Shown one piece after another: positions 1 to 8,032 of a DNA stretch of 31,728 nt. The position numbers were made by a program, and so were the translations under genes. Within the stretch, counting starts at the first letter, position 1. Every line of letters starts with the position of its first letter. Below the pieces are notes generated by a model. It had not been told where the DNA came from and made no database searches. It saw only the letters and a list, made by a program, of their open reading frames with translations. This DNA comes from a virus (taxonomy: Duplodnaviria; Caudoviricetes): the IMG/VR virus record IMGVR_UViG_3300049050_000028, positions 1 to 31,728 of that record; one strand, 5' to 3'.

Positions 1-23
1 AACTGGCGCTCGACCTCATTTGA
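1..23 (+). CDS. 3' end of an upstream gene (partial; ...LALDLI*)
   Basis: Frame CTG GCG CTC GAC CTC ATT TGA ends at 23, before the SSB RBS; product not identifiable from this fragment. Confidence 0.4.
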
Positions 24-54
24 TTCGCAACCCGCACTGACCGAAAGGACCACC

Positions 55-657
55 ATGAAAGTGCACATCGAGAACGCCCGCCTGTCCTTCGCCGACGGGC
101 TGTGGAAAGCCAAGGCCATCGAGGACGGGCAAACGCCCAAGTTCGGATGCGACTTCCTGCTCGGCCCCGAGACGAAGGTCTACACCGTCGACGCCACCGG
201 CAAGAAGACGCCCAGCAGCATGCCCGCCGTGCTGCTGGCCGTCGCGAACGAGACGTGGAAGGGCCGCGGTGCGCCGATGCTGGAAGCGCTCGAGGCTTCG
301 AAGAAGTGCTATCGCAACGGCGATGCGCGCATGAAGAAGGACGGCACGCCGTACGACGGCTACACCGGCCTGTGGTACGTGACCGCGAAGAACAAGACGC
401 GGCCGACCGTGCGCGATCGCAACCCGACGGTGCTGCTGACCGAGGAAGACGGCCGGCCCTACAGCGGCTGCTACGTGAACGGAATCATCGACGTGTACGG
501 CATGAGCGACCCGAAGCGCAAGGGTGTGTTCGCCACGCTGATGGGCGTGCAGTTCGTGCGCGACGGCGATGCGTTCTCCGGCTCGGGCCGCGTGGCCGGC
601 GATGACGAGTTCGCCGACCTGGGCGAAGGCGCCGACGCGGCTGCCGACCTGGTCTGA
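55..657 (+). CDS. Single-stranded DNA-binding protein, DUF2815 (APSE/gp2.5-like) family
   Basis: N-terminal ARLSF, CYRNGD, YSGCYVN, GVFATLMGVQFVRDGDAF motifs and acidic C-tail; RBS AAAGGA. Confidence 0.9.
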   Translation: MKVHIENARLSFADGLWKAKAIEDGQTPKFGCDFLLGPETKVYTVDATGKKTPSSMPAVLLAVANETWKGRGAPMLEALEASKKCYRNGDARMKKDGTPYDGYTGLWYVTAKNKTRPTVRDRNPTVLLTEEDGRPYSGCYVNGIIDVYGMSDPKRKGVFATLMGVQFVRDGDAFSGSGRVAGDDEFADLGEGADAAADLV

Positions 658-661
658 GCAC

Positions 662-866
662 ATGCCCCGCTTTGTCATCACGGTGTGCGACACGCCCGAG
701 GGCGACGCGCGTGTGGAGTTCTCCCACGACGCGCCCCTCGGCGGGCCGGATGCCGTGATGACGTCGGCGCAGGTGCTCGCCATCGCGATGCTGGAGGCGG
801 CTGCCGGGCGCCACCGCCTTCGTGCGAAACCAAGGCCTGCTTGAACTGCTGAACAAGGTGCACTGA
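662..866 (+). CDS. Small hypothetical protein, probably frameshifted near 806-808
   Basis: MPRFVITVCDTPEG... frame stops at 844; the +1 frame continues GATAFVRNQGLLELLNKVH* to 866, 3 nt before the next ATG. Confidence 0.55.
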
Positions 867-869
867 CCC

Positions 870-1241
870 ATGGACATGGAACAAGAAATCAAGGCCGCCG
901 GCGCCGACCGCGCGCCGCGCGTCACGCCGGCCGACATCGAGGCGAACATCGATGACGAGTGCTATTTCACCGCAGCCGAGGGCGCGCTCGGGGCAACAAT
1001 GGCTCAGGACCCGAACATGCTGCCGATGATCCCGCCGGCAACGCGCTTGCTCACCATCTGCGTGCTCGTGCTGCGCAACGGGTTCACCGTCACCGGCACG
1101 TCGGCCTGCGCCAGCCCCGAGAACTTCGACGCCGACATCGGCCGCAAGGTCGCCCGCGCCGACGCCGTGCGCCAGGTGTGGCCGCTCATGGGCTACGCGC
1201 TGAAGCAGCGCCTGCACGACGTCCAGCACGGCCCGGGCTGA
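870..1241 (+). CDS. Phage Gp49/Gp66 family protein (N4 gp49 / Sf6 gp66-like)
   Basis: APRVTPADIEANI, LTICVLVLRNGFTVTG-SACASPENFDADIGRKVAR, VWPLMGY motifs. Confidence 0.9.
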   Translation: MDMEQEIKAAGADRAPRVTPADIEANIDDECYFTAAEGALGATMAQDPNMLPMIPPATRLLTICVLVLRNGFTVTGTSACASPENFDADIGRKVARADAVRQVWPLMGYALKQRLHDVQHGPG

Positions 1242-1244
1242 CCA

Positions 1245-1480
1245 GTTTGCGGGTCTGCGGCTGCTACCCGCGCCGCGGCTAAGCGAGGTGGAGACCTCGA
1301 CCCGCGCCCCAACTAGCGGGGGCGCTTCTAAGGACAGCCTCGCATGAGCCACGAGGCGACCAGGCCGAGCAGGGTTAGCGCATCGCGGCCCGCCGCAGAG
1401 ATTTACGCGATGTGCATGAGTACGGGCGGGAAGCGCCGGCAACCTAATGACCGCCCATGCTCGGCAACGGCTTTCAACCG
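1245..1480 (+). ncRNA. Candidate structured non-coding RNA or regulatory leader
   Basis: ~245-nt gap in a densely packed operon with multiple stems: 1249-54/1300-05, 1284-89/1294-99, 1304-10/1319-25, 1337-42/1352-57, 1364-71/1458-65, 1378-87/1406-15. Confidence 0.4.
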
Positions 1481-1585
1481 AGAGAACCCATGACGACAGA
1501 CTACCGCCTCGGGAGCATCTCCACCCCGCTGAAGCCACTAGGCCAGGCCCTGAGCCCCCCTGAAGCCTGGGGACAAGATCCGGCA

Positions 1586-2425
1586 ATGAGCGCCAAGACC
1601 GAATCCACGGCCGAAGTCGTGGAGGCCGTCAAAGCCTTCTCCCTCGACTGGACGTGCCGCGGCTACCAGTACGAAGTCGGCAAGACCTACGAGCACGACG
1701 GCGAGGTGCAGGCATGCGATAGCGGCTTTCACGCCTGCGAGAACCCGCTGGACACGTTTGCGTACTACGAGCCGGGCCGATCGCGGTTCGCCTTGGTCGA
1801 GATGTCGGGCGAGTTCAGCCGTCACGCCGACGATTCGAAGATCGCCTCGGGCCGCATCAAGATCAAGGCCGAGATCGGCATTCCGGAAATCGTGTCGCGC
1901 ACCATCGCGTGGATCACGGCGCGGTGTACTCCGGCCGACGCCAAGCACGCCGATGGCTACAGATCGGCCAGCAGCGCGACGTGCTACAGCTCGGCCAGCA
2001 GCGCGACGGGCTACAGATCGGCCAGCAGCGCGACGGGCGACAGATCGGCCAGCAGCGCGACGGGCAACAGCTCGGCCAGCAGCGCGACGGGCGACAGATC
2101 GGCCAGCAGCGCGACGGGCTACAGCTCGGCCAGCAGCGCGACGGGCTACAGCTCGGCCAGCAGCGCGACGGGCGACAGCTCGGCCAGCAGCGCGACGGGC
2201 GACAGATCGGCCAGCAGCGCCAGCGGCATCGCCGCCGTCGCCATGAACATCGGCCGCTTCGGCAAGGCGCGCGGATCAGATGGGGCAGCAATCGTGCTCG
2301 TCTACCACAACGACGACGGGACGCTTCGGCACATCTTCGCCAGCAAGGTCGGCGAGAACGGGATCAAGCCGGACGTTTTCTACACGCTCGATGCCGATGG
2401 CAAGCCGGAGGAGGTGCAGTCATGA
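1586..2425 (+). CDS. Phage protein of the DUF7666 type with SATG tandem repeats (alternative start 1490)
   Basis: CRGYQYEVGKTYEH...ACDSGFHACENPLD N-terminal domain, 9-aa repeats, C-terminal VGENGIKPDVFYTL; ATGA overlap with next gene. Confidence 0.8.
   Translation: MSAKTESTAEVVEAVKAFSLDWTCRGYQYEVGKTYEHDGEVQACDSGFHACENPLDTFAYYEPGRSRFALVEMSGEFSRHADDSKIASGRIKIKAEIGIPEIVSRTIAWITARCTPADAKHADGYRSASSATCYSSASSATGYRSASSATGDRSASSATGNSSASSATGDRSASSATGYSSASSATGYSSASSATGDSSASSATGDRSASSASGIAAVAMNIGRFGKARGSDGAAIVLVYHNDDGTLRHIFASKVGENGIKPDVFYTLDADGKPEEVQS
1955..2224 (+). repeat. Ten tandem 27-bp in-frame repeats, consensus GGC(T/G/A)ACAG(A/C)TCGGCCAGCAGCGCGACG
   Basis: Read directly; encodes G[YDN][RS]SASSAT. 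Confidence 0.95.
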
Positions 2426-2706
2426 GCGCGGCAACCATCGACAACCTGCGCATCACTCCCCGCGCCATGCGCGCCATCGATGACGCAGCAGCCCGGCGAG
2501 CCGCCCTGGCCGCCGATGCCTACGACGAACTGCTGGCGGAGTTCTTCGCTGCAGTCGAAGCGGGCGACGCCTCTGCCGAGATCCGCCTGAAGGCCTGCCC
2601 GAACTGGCCTCCGTACACCGTGACCGCCGTGAAGGGCGGGGAGGTTCACTTCGAGCGAGGGGGTACTCGTGGGTATGCGCCGGTTGGTGGAGTGGTGAGG
2701 GCGTGA
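2422..2706 (+). CDS. Hypothetical protein (MSAATIDNLR...)
   Basis: ATGA overlap with upstream stop, RBS GGAGGAGG, GTGA overlap with polymerase start. Confidence 0.7.
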   Translation: MSAATIDNLRITPRAMRAIDDAAARRAALAADAYDELLAEFFAAVEAGDASAEIRLKACPNWPPYTVTAVKGGEVHFERGGTRGYAPVGGVVRA

Positions 2707-4793
2707 CGCGCAATAGCTTCCACGACCTCGAGACGCGCAGCCACGTGCCCATCCAGCACGGCGCGCACCGCTACGCGGAAGACGCCGAGCCGATCCTGTG
2801 GTCCTACGCGGTCGAGGACGGCCCGGTCAGCGTGTGGCAGGTCGAGCACGAGCCGATGCCGGCCGACCTGCAGGCGATCCTCGACGACGACACCCTGCTC
2901 GTGTGGTTCCACAACGGCGGGATGTTCGACTTCATCGTGCTCGACGCCTGGGCCAAGCGCGGCGGGCCGGCGCCGATCCCGATGCACCGCCGGCGCGACA
3001 GCATGGTGCTGGCGTACATGCACTCGCTGCCCGGCTCGCTCGACACGCTCGGCGACATCCTGAGCATCCCCCTCGACAAGCGCAAGCTCAAGGAAGGCAA
3101 GGAACTGGTACGGCTGTTCTGCATTCCGCCGATCAAGACCAGCAAGCGCAAGACCTTCGCCACGCGCGAGACGCACCCCGACGAGTGGGCGCGGTTCGTG
3201 ACCTACGCCGGCGTCGACATCCACGCGATGCGCGCGTGCGTCGCGAAGATTCCGAAATGGAACATGACGCCGTTCGAGCTCGACCTGCTGGAGCTCGATT
3301 GGACGATCAACGCCCGCGGCGTGCTGGTCGACCTGGAGTTCTGCCGCGCGGCCCTGGCCGCCAGCGACCAGGAAAAGGCGCGCCTGGCCGAGCGAACCGC
3401 CGACATCACCGGCGGCGAGGTCGAGGCGGCCACCCAGCGCGACAGGCTGCTGGCCCATCTGCTCGAGTGGTACGGCGTCGCCCTGCCCGACATGCAAGGC
3501 GGCACGCTCGAGCGGCGCGTCGACGACCCCGACCTGCCCGAGCCCGTGCGCGAGCTGCTGGCGATCCGGCTGCAAGCCTCGTCGACCAGCGTGTCGAAGT
3601 ACAACAAGTTCCTGGCCTGCACGTCGAGCGACGGCCGTCTGCGCGGCACGCTGATGTTCGCCGGCGCGCTGCGCACCGCCCGGTGGGCCGGCCGGCTGGT
3701 GCAGCTGCACAACATGAGCCGGGTGCCCAAGTACCTGAAGAAGCTGTACGACCAGGCTATCGACGCCATCAAGGCGGGCGCGGTCGACCTGCTGTTCGCG
3801 AACGCGATGGAGGTCATCGGCTCGACCGTGCGCGGCGCGCTGATCGCGAGGCCCGGCCACAAGTTCGTGCGGGCCGACCTGTCGAACATCGAAGGCCGCG
3901 CGCTGGCGTGGCACGCCGGCGAGGAATGGAAGGTCGAGGCCTTCGCCGCCGGCGAGGACCTCTACATCCTGGGCTACTCACGATCGTTCGGAGTGCCCAT
4001 CGCCGAGGTCGAGGAAGACGAGGCCGCCGGCGGCACGATGCGCCTTATCGGCAAGGTGCAGGAACTGGCGCTCGGCTACCAGGGTGCCGTCGGCGCGTTC
4101 GGGTCGATGGCGCAGCTCTATGGCGTGAACCTCGACGAGGAACGCATCCTCGAAATCGTGAAGGCCTGGCGCGCGGCGAATCCCCGCATCGTGTCGTTCT
4201 GGTACGAGCTCGAGGACGCGGCTACGCAAGCCGTGCGCAACCCCGGGCAGACCTTCGAATGCCGGCGCCTGCGCCTGCGCCGCGACGGCGCCTGGCTACG
4301 CATCCGCCTGCCCAGCGGCCGGGCGCTGTGCTACCCGTCGCCGAAGTGGGCGCCGAAGACGCTGAAGTGCAAGGCGTGCGAGGGCTTCGGGTTCGTCAAG
4401 CTGATCGCCGAGGCCGAGGGCCTTGTCGAGCCGGCCAGGTGCGACAAGTGCGAAGGCGCCGGCGAGGTCGAGAACCCCGAGGGCGGCCTCACGTACATGG
4501 GCGTCGACCAGTACACCCGCAAGTGGAAGCGCATCAAGACCTACGGCGGCAAGCTGGTCGAGAACGTGACCCAGGCGACGGCGCGCGACGTGCTGGCCGA
4601 GTCGCTGCTGCGCATCGAGCGCGCCGGCTACCCCATCTGCCTGCACGTGCACGACGAGGTCATCGCCGAGGTGCCTGACACCAGCGAGTTCACGGGCGCC
4701 GAGCTGGGCCGCCTGCTCGCCACGCCGCCCGCCTGGGCGCCGGGCCTGCCGCTGGCGGCCGAGGGTGAAGAACTGCACCGCTATCGCAAGTAA
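2703..4793 (+). CDS. polA: Family A DNA polymerase with 3'-5' exonuclease (APSE/SPO2-like)
   Basis: Exo motifs DLET and FHNGGMFD; motif A ADLSNIEGR, motif B RLIGKVQELALGY (Leu at the E. coli 762-equivalent position), motif C VHDE. Confidence 0.95.
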   Translation: MTRNSFHDLETRSHVPIQHGAHRYAEDAEPILWSYAVEDGPVSVWQVEHEPMPADLQAILDDDTLLVWFHNGGMFDFIVLDAWAKRGGPAPIPMHRRRDSMVLAYMHSLPGSLDTLGDILSIPLDKRKLKEGKELVRLFCIPPIKTSKRKTFATRETHPDEWARFVTYAGVDIHAMRACVAKIPKWNMTPFELDLLELDWTINARGVLVDLEFCRAALAASDQEKARLAERTADITGGEVEAATQRDRLLAHLLEWYGVALPDMQGGTLERRVDDPDLPEPVRELLAIRLQASSTSVSKYNKFLACTSSDGRLRGTLMFAGALRTARWAGRLVQLHNMSRVPKYLKKLYDQAIDAIKAGAVDLLFANAMEVIGSTVRGALIARPGHKFVRADLSNIEGRALAWHAGEEWKVEAFAAGEDLYILGYSRSFGVPIAEVEEDEAAGGTMRLIGKVQELALGYQGAVGAFGSMAQLYGVNLDEERILEIVKAWRAANPRIVSFWYELEDAATQAVRNPGQTFECRRLRLRRDGAWLRIRLPSGRALCYPSPKWAPKTLKCKACEGFGFVKLIAEAEGLVEPARCDKCEGAGEVENPEGGLTYMGVDQYTRKWKRIKTYGGKLVENVTQATARDVLAESLLRIERAGYPICLHVHDEVIAEVPDTSEFTGAELGRLLATPPAWAPGLPLAAEGEELHRYRK

Positions 4794-4807
4794 GGGTTTG
4801 CGATAGG

Positions 4808-4832
4808 GCTTTGCGTACTTGCAAAGCGTTTT
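4808..4832 (+). terminator. Putative intrinsic terminator after polA
   Basis: GCTTTGC-gtactt-GCAAAGC stem followed by GTTTT. Confidence 0.5.
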
Positions 4833-4848
4833 AGCGTTTGCTAAAGTC
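4819..4848 (+). promoter_or_regulatory. Sigma70-type promoter with operator-like palindrome
   Basis: TTGCAA-N17-TAAAGT with extended -10 TG; TTTAGC-GTTT-GCTAAA at 4830-4845. Confidence 0.75.
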
Positions 4849-4880
4849 TCTCCATCGCAACACGCATTGGAGCCTAGCAA

Positions 4881-5084
4881 ATGACTCGCAAGCAACACCT
4901 GCAGCACACGGTCAGCCGCGGCCCGACCTGCAAGTCGGGTCGTATCGGCGGCCAGCTGTCCGGCGAACACATCACCGTCGAGTTCGCCCGGTTCGCTGCG
5001 CGCCCGGACCTGCAGTGCGAGAGGTGCAGCGCGAGCAAGTTGTTCGCCTTCCTGCAGCGCAAGGCCTCCAAGCCCATCCAGTGA
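4881..5084 (+). CDS. Hypothetical protein (CxxC motif)
   Basis: GGAG RBS, first ORF after promoter; CERC motif. Confidence 0.7.
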   Translation: MTRKQHLQHTVSRGPTCKSGRIGGQLSGEHITVEFARFAARPDLQCERCSASKLFAFLQRKASKPIQ

Positions 5085-5089
5085 CAGCC

Positions 5090-5299
5090 ATGCTGAACCA
5101 CAACGAGCTGATGCAAGCCGGCAACCAGGTGTTCAGCGCCGCTTGGCGCGCCATCTACGCCGAGACGGGGCGCATGCACGAGACCCGCCGGCAAGCGACC
5201 GCCGCGCTCGCCAAGGCCGCGGCTGACGCGGGCCTGAAGGGCGACGACGCGAACTGGGCCGTCGGGTTCGGCCTGTCGAAGTTCGGCTACGGCTCCTGA
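5090..5299 (+). CDS. Hypothetical protein (MLNHNELMQ...; alternative GTG start 5081)
   Basis: GC-rich third codon positions, adjacent to upstream stop. Confidence 0.65.
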   Translation: MLNHNELMQAGNQVFSAAWRAIYAETGRMHETRRQATAALAKAAADAGLKGDDANWAVGFGLSKFGYGS

Positions 5300-5306
5300 G
5301 GCAGCC

Positions 5307-5603
5307 ATGTCTGAAGTGAAGCACACGCCTGGGCTGGTGCGCATCAACATCAGCGCCACGATCGACAACGAGTACGCGAACAGGCTGCCGGACTGGCTGC
5401 CCGAATCGATCGAGGCGGGGCGCAACGAGGTGCCGCTTGACGTAGCGCGGGCGATCCTGGCAGACGCCGAATACAACAGCGATCGCGAAGCTGTGGACGT
5501 CGGCCCCTACGGCACGCCGCTCCCGGTGTTCAACGCATACCGAGCGCTCGCCAAGCAAGTCCGCGCCGCCATCGCCAAGGCCGAGGGAGGCAGCCATGGG
5601 TGA
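5307..5603 (+). CDS. Hypothetical phage protein
   Basis: MSEVKHTPG N-terminus and RAAIAKAEG C-terminus, typical of small phage early proteins; GAGG RBS. Confidence 0.75.
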   Translation: MSEVKHTPGLVRINISATIDNEYANRLPDWLPESIEAGRNEVPLDVARAILADAEYNSDREAVDVGPYGTPLPVFNAYRALAKQVRAAIAKAEGGSHG

Positions 5604-5847
5604 GCCCATCTGCCGCATCGCCCGCGAGAACGGAGGGCGCGTGCCCCTCGACTGCCTGTTCGGGTGCGCGCATGGCTGCAAGAGCGACGAGCCTACAGCT
5701 CCGCCCCGCGGCACGCCGCGCTGCAACCGCTGCGGCAGCACCGACGTGCGCTGGCGCCAGCAGACGGGCCGCTGGGTGCTGTTCTCCAACCAGCCCGGCG
5801 TCGAGCACGTGTGCGACGTGTCGGGCGACTTTGAGGTGCTGACATGA
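5596..5847 (+). CDS. Hypothetical Cys-rich, zinc-ribbon-like protein
   Basis: CLFGCAHGC and CNRCG...HVC motifs; GGGAGG RBS; overlaps neighbours. Confidence 0.7.
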   Translation: MGEPICRIARENGGRVPLDCLFGCAHGCKSDEPTAPPRGTPRCNRCGSTDVRWRQQTGRWVLFSNQPGVEHVCDVSGDFEVLT

Positions 5848-6077
5848 CGCGCTGCCCGAAGTGCAAAGCCGTCAGCGGCGATAGCTGGGCGCAGTGCAAG
5901 GGGTCGTGCCCGATGCCGGGATCGCCTCACTACAAGCCCGAGGGCTTCAACGAAGCGCAGCAGCGCGCCGGCTTCAGCGAGCAGTCGGCCCAGGCGCAGA
6001 GCGAGTTTTTCGCGGCGCTCGGGGTCACTGAAATCCGGGTCGGCAGCCGTCGCTACAAGGTGAAAGGCAAGCAATGA
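5844..6077 (+). CDS. Hypothetical Cys-rich protein
   Basis: CPKC...CKGSCP; ATGA overlaps; GAGG RBS. Confidence 0.7.
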   Translation: MTRCPKCKAVSGDSWAQCKGSCPMPGSPHYKPEGFNEAQQRAGFSEQSAQAQSEFFAALGVTEIRVGSRRYKVKGKQ

Positions 6078-6292
6078 CCACGCACACCGCAGACCGCCCG
6101 CCGCACAGCGGCCCGTTCAAGACGCGCACCGGCGTCGTGATCGGCGGCGCCTACATCCCGCCGCGCACGCCGGCCTACGCCGATCCCGTCGAGCGCGTCA
6201 GCCAGCGCATGCCGCTGCACGAGAAGGCGCTCTATGTCGTTGGCGCCGCGTCGTTCATCTTCGTCGGCCTGCTCATCTACTGGGGGAAGTGA
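6074..6292 (+). CDS. Hypothetical protein with C-terminal transmembrane helix
   Basis: ALYVVGAASFIFVGLLIYW hydrophobic segment; ATGA overlap. Confidence 0.7.
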   Translation: MTTHTADRPPHSGPFKTRTGVVIGGAYIPPRTPAYADPVERVSQRMPLHEKALYVVGAASFIFVGLLIYWGK

Positions 6293-6293
6293 C

Positions 6294-6524
6294 ATGCTGC
6301 TCACTGCTGCCATCCTGCTCGGCGTCGCCGCATGCTTCGGGGCTTTCCTGGTCTGGAGCCTGGCGCACGCACCGCTCGACCCGTTCGACGTCGACACCGT
6401 CCTCGACCGCGACGCGGCGCGCGACACCTGGGCGGTGTGCCGCGACTTCGTCGAGGACCCGGACCTCGAGGGCTCGTGCCTCGCGTGCGGCCACGGCTTC
6501 GACGACCACCGGGCCGCTCTATGA
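6294..6524 (+). CDS. Hypothetical membrane-anchored protein with Cys/His motif
   Basis: N-terminal hydrophobic segment; C...CLACGHGFDDH. Confidence 0.65.
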   Translation: MLLTAAILLGVAACFGAFLVWSLAHAPLDPFDVDTVLDRDAARDTWAVCRDFVEDPDLEGSCLACGHGFDDHRAAL

Positions 6525-6808
6525 AGTGGCCCGCTTACACCGGCCTTGCGGTGCCCGCGCACCCACGCACCGCCCTGTGGTGGCAGCAGCGCGAGCAGTG
6601 CCAGCGCTGCGCGCGAAGCGTCACCGAAGGCGACACGACGAACGGCCGACGCACACAGGCCACGGCGGCCGGCGGGCTGCGTTGCAGCGCGGCGACGAAG
6701 CGCATCGGGGGCGCCGGCTCACGCGCCGTTGCTGTCTACTGCATCGACGCCCGCGACGAGGGAGGGCGCTGCGGGCCCGAGGCCAAGCTGTTCGAGGCCG
6801 CGCCATGA
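6521..6808 (+). CDS. Hypothetical Cys-rich protein (MKWPAYTG...)
   Basis: ATGA overlaps at both ends; CQRC...C...C...CGPEAKLFE. Confidence 0.7.
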   Translation: MKWPAYTGLAVPAHPRTALWWQQREQCQRCARSVTEGDTTNGRRTQATAAGGLRCSAATKRIGGAGSRAVAVYCIDARDEGGRCGPEAKLFEAAP

Positions 6809-7143
6809 GATATCGCAACCTCGAGGAACGACTTATCGCCAACAGCATCCCGGTGCACCGCGGCCACACCATCGACGGCGTGCCGTCGGAATGCTGGGAG
6901 TGGATCGGCAACCGGGACCACCACGGCTATGGGCGCGTGACGCTGCGCGTCAACGGTAAACACAAGAAGGTGCGCGCCCATCGCGTCGCGGCGCAGGAGC
7001 TCGCCGGCATCAAGTTCGACGACGAGCGCGACACGTGGGAGCACGAGTGCCGCAACACGTGCTGCATCCACCCCAACCACGGCAAGCCCCTGCCGAACGC
7101 GGTGAACGCCGGCGGGCGCAGCAACGGGAGGCGCTTCGAATGA
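6805..7143 (+). CDS. HNH (His-Me finger) endonuclease-like protein
   Basis: CWEWIG, GYGR, RAHRVA, HECRNTCCIHPNH motifs. Confidence 0.8.
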   Translation: MRYRNLEERLIANSIPVHRGHTIDGVPSECWEWIGNRDHHGYGRVTLRVNGKHKKVRAHRVAAQELAGIKFDDERDTWEHECRNTCCIHPNHGKPLPNAVNAGGRSNGRRFE

Positions 7144-7376
7144 TCGAATGGGTCAGCGTCGATGACCGTTTGCCCGAGGCCAACGGCGAATACCTGTGCT
7201 TCGTGCGGGTGCCGCGTCGCGCCCGTGGCTCGGGCGTGCGTCACGCGCACACCCGCTACATGGCGCTGATGTTCGAGGACGGCGCCTTCTGGATCAACAA
7301 CGGGGCGCCGCTCGGGTGGGTGACGCACTGGGCCACGCTCCAACCACCGCAAGGGGAAACACATGCGCGAGCGTGA
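7140..7376 (+). CDS. DUF551-like protein
   Basis: WVSVDDRLPE N-terminus and VTHWATL C-terminus. Confidence 0.75.
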   Translation: MIEWVSVDDRLPEANGEYLCFVRVPRRARGSGVRHAHTRYMALMFEDGAFWINNGAPLGWVTHWATLQPPQGETHARA

Positions 7377-7680
7377 AGTCGAAGCGCACCTCGTCAAGCG
7401 CGTGAAGGCGCTGGGCGGCGAGGTCCGCAAGGTTCAGTGGATCGGCCGGCGCGGCGCGCCCGACCGACTGGTGATGCTGCCGCTGCGGTATGTGCAGGGG
7501 CTTCCTCTGTACCACCTCGGCCCGAACGTGAAGCCTTCGACCGTGTGGGTTGAGCTCAAGCGCCCAGGCGCCACCGCCGAGCCGCACCAGGCGCGCGAGC
7601 ACGAGCGCATGCGCAAGATGGGGCAGACCGTGGTCGTGCTCGATTCAATCGAAGCTGTGGACAGGTGGCTCGCATGCTGA
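7363..7680 (+). CDS. VRR-NUC domain nuclease
   Basis: MREREVEAHLV, GAPDRLV, WVELKRPG, Q...H motifs; located upstream of SNF2 helicase. Confidence 0.9.
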   Translation: MREREVEAHLVKRVKALGGEVRKVQWIGRRGAPDRLVMLPLRYVQGLPLYHLGPNVKPSTVWVELKRPGATAEPHQAREHERMRKMGQTVVVLDSIEAVDRWLAC

Positions 7681-7871
7681 ACGTTCAACCCCAGGTCGAC
7701 CCCATCGTCGCGAACCTCTACCCGCACGGAGGCCCGCCGGCCGACGCGCTGCGCAAGCTGCTCACGTCACTGTGCGAGCTGGCCTACCACCAGGGGCGAC
7801 TGGCCGCCACGAGGCAGATGAAGGACCAGGCGCTTCTGGCGCTGCTGATGCCTGGAGGGCCGAAGCAATGA
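7674..7871 (+). CDS. Hypothetical protein
   Basis: Overlaps VRR-NUC stop and next start; AGGTGG RBS. Confidence 0.6.
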   Translation: MLNVQPQVDPIVANLYPHGGPPADALRKLLTSLCELAYHQGRLAATRQMKDQALLALLMPGGPKQ

Positions 7872-8032
7872 GTCAACCACGTGAGTTCTACGACCAAGAG
7901 CAATTCCGCGTCTGGGCTGACGGCACCGTGCAGCCCGTGGAAGACGGCGACCCGTACACCTGGATGTCGGACGACTTCTCCGTCGTCTGGGCGTACACCG
8001 AAGACGAGGCGCGGGTAAAGGCAAATGCGTGA
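7868..8032 (+). CDS. Hypothetical protein (MSQPREFYDQ...)
   Basis: GGAGGG RBS, ATGA overlap. Confidence 0.65.
   Translation: MSQPREFYDQEQFRVWADGTVQPVEDGDPYTWMSDDFSVVWAYTEDEARVKANA

Noticed and set aside
1245-1480. Hammerhead, HDV-like ribozyme or tRNA
   Set aside because: No CUGANGA/GAAA core, tRNA D/T loops or convincing HDV topology by eye; kept only as an unclassified structured RNA candidate
1955-2224. CRISPR array or DGR variable repeat
   Set aside because: Units are contiguous and in frame with no spacers; most adenines are invariant; no reverse transcriptase, template repeat or cas gene in the window
4050-4085. Leu at the PolA 762-equivalent position as a novelty
   Set aside because: Already a known correlate of temperate phage polymerases; consistent with the integrase and not new
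6805-7143. Group I intron or intein-associated homing element
   Set aside because: Free-standing ORF coupled to both neighbours by ATGA overlaps; no interrupted gene or splice motifs
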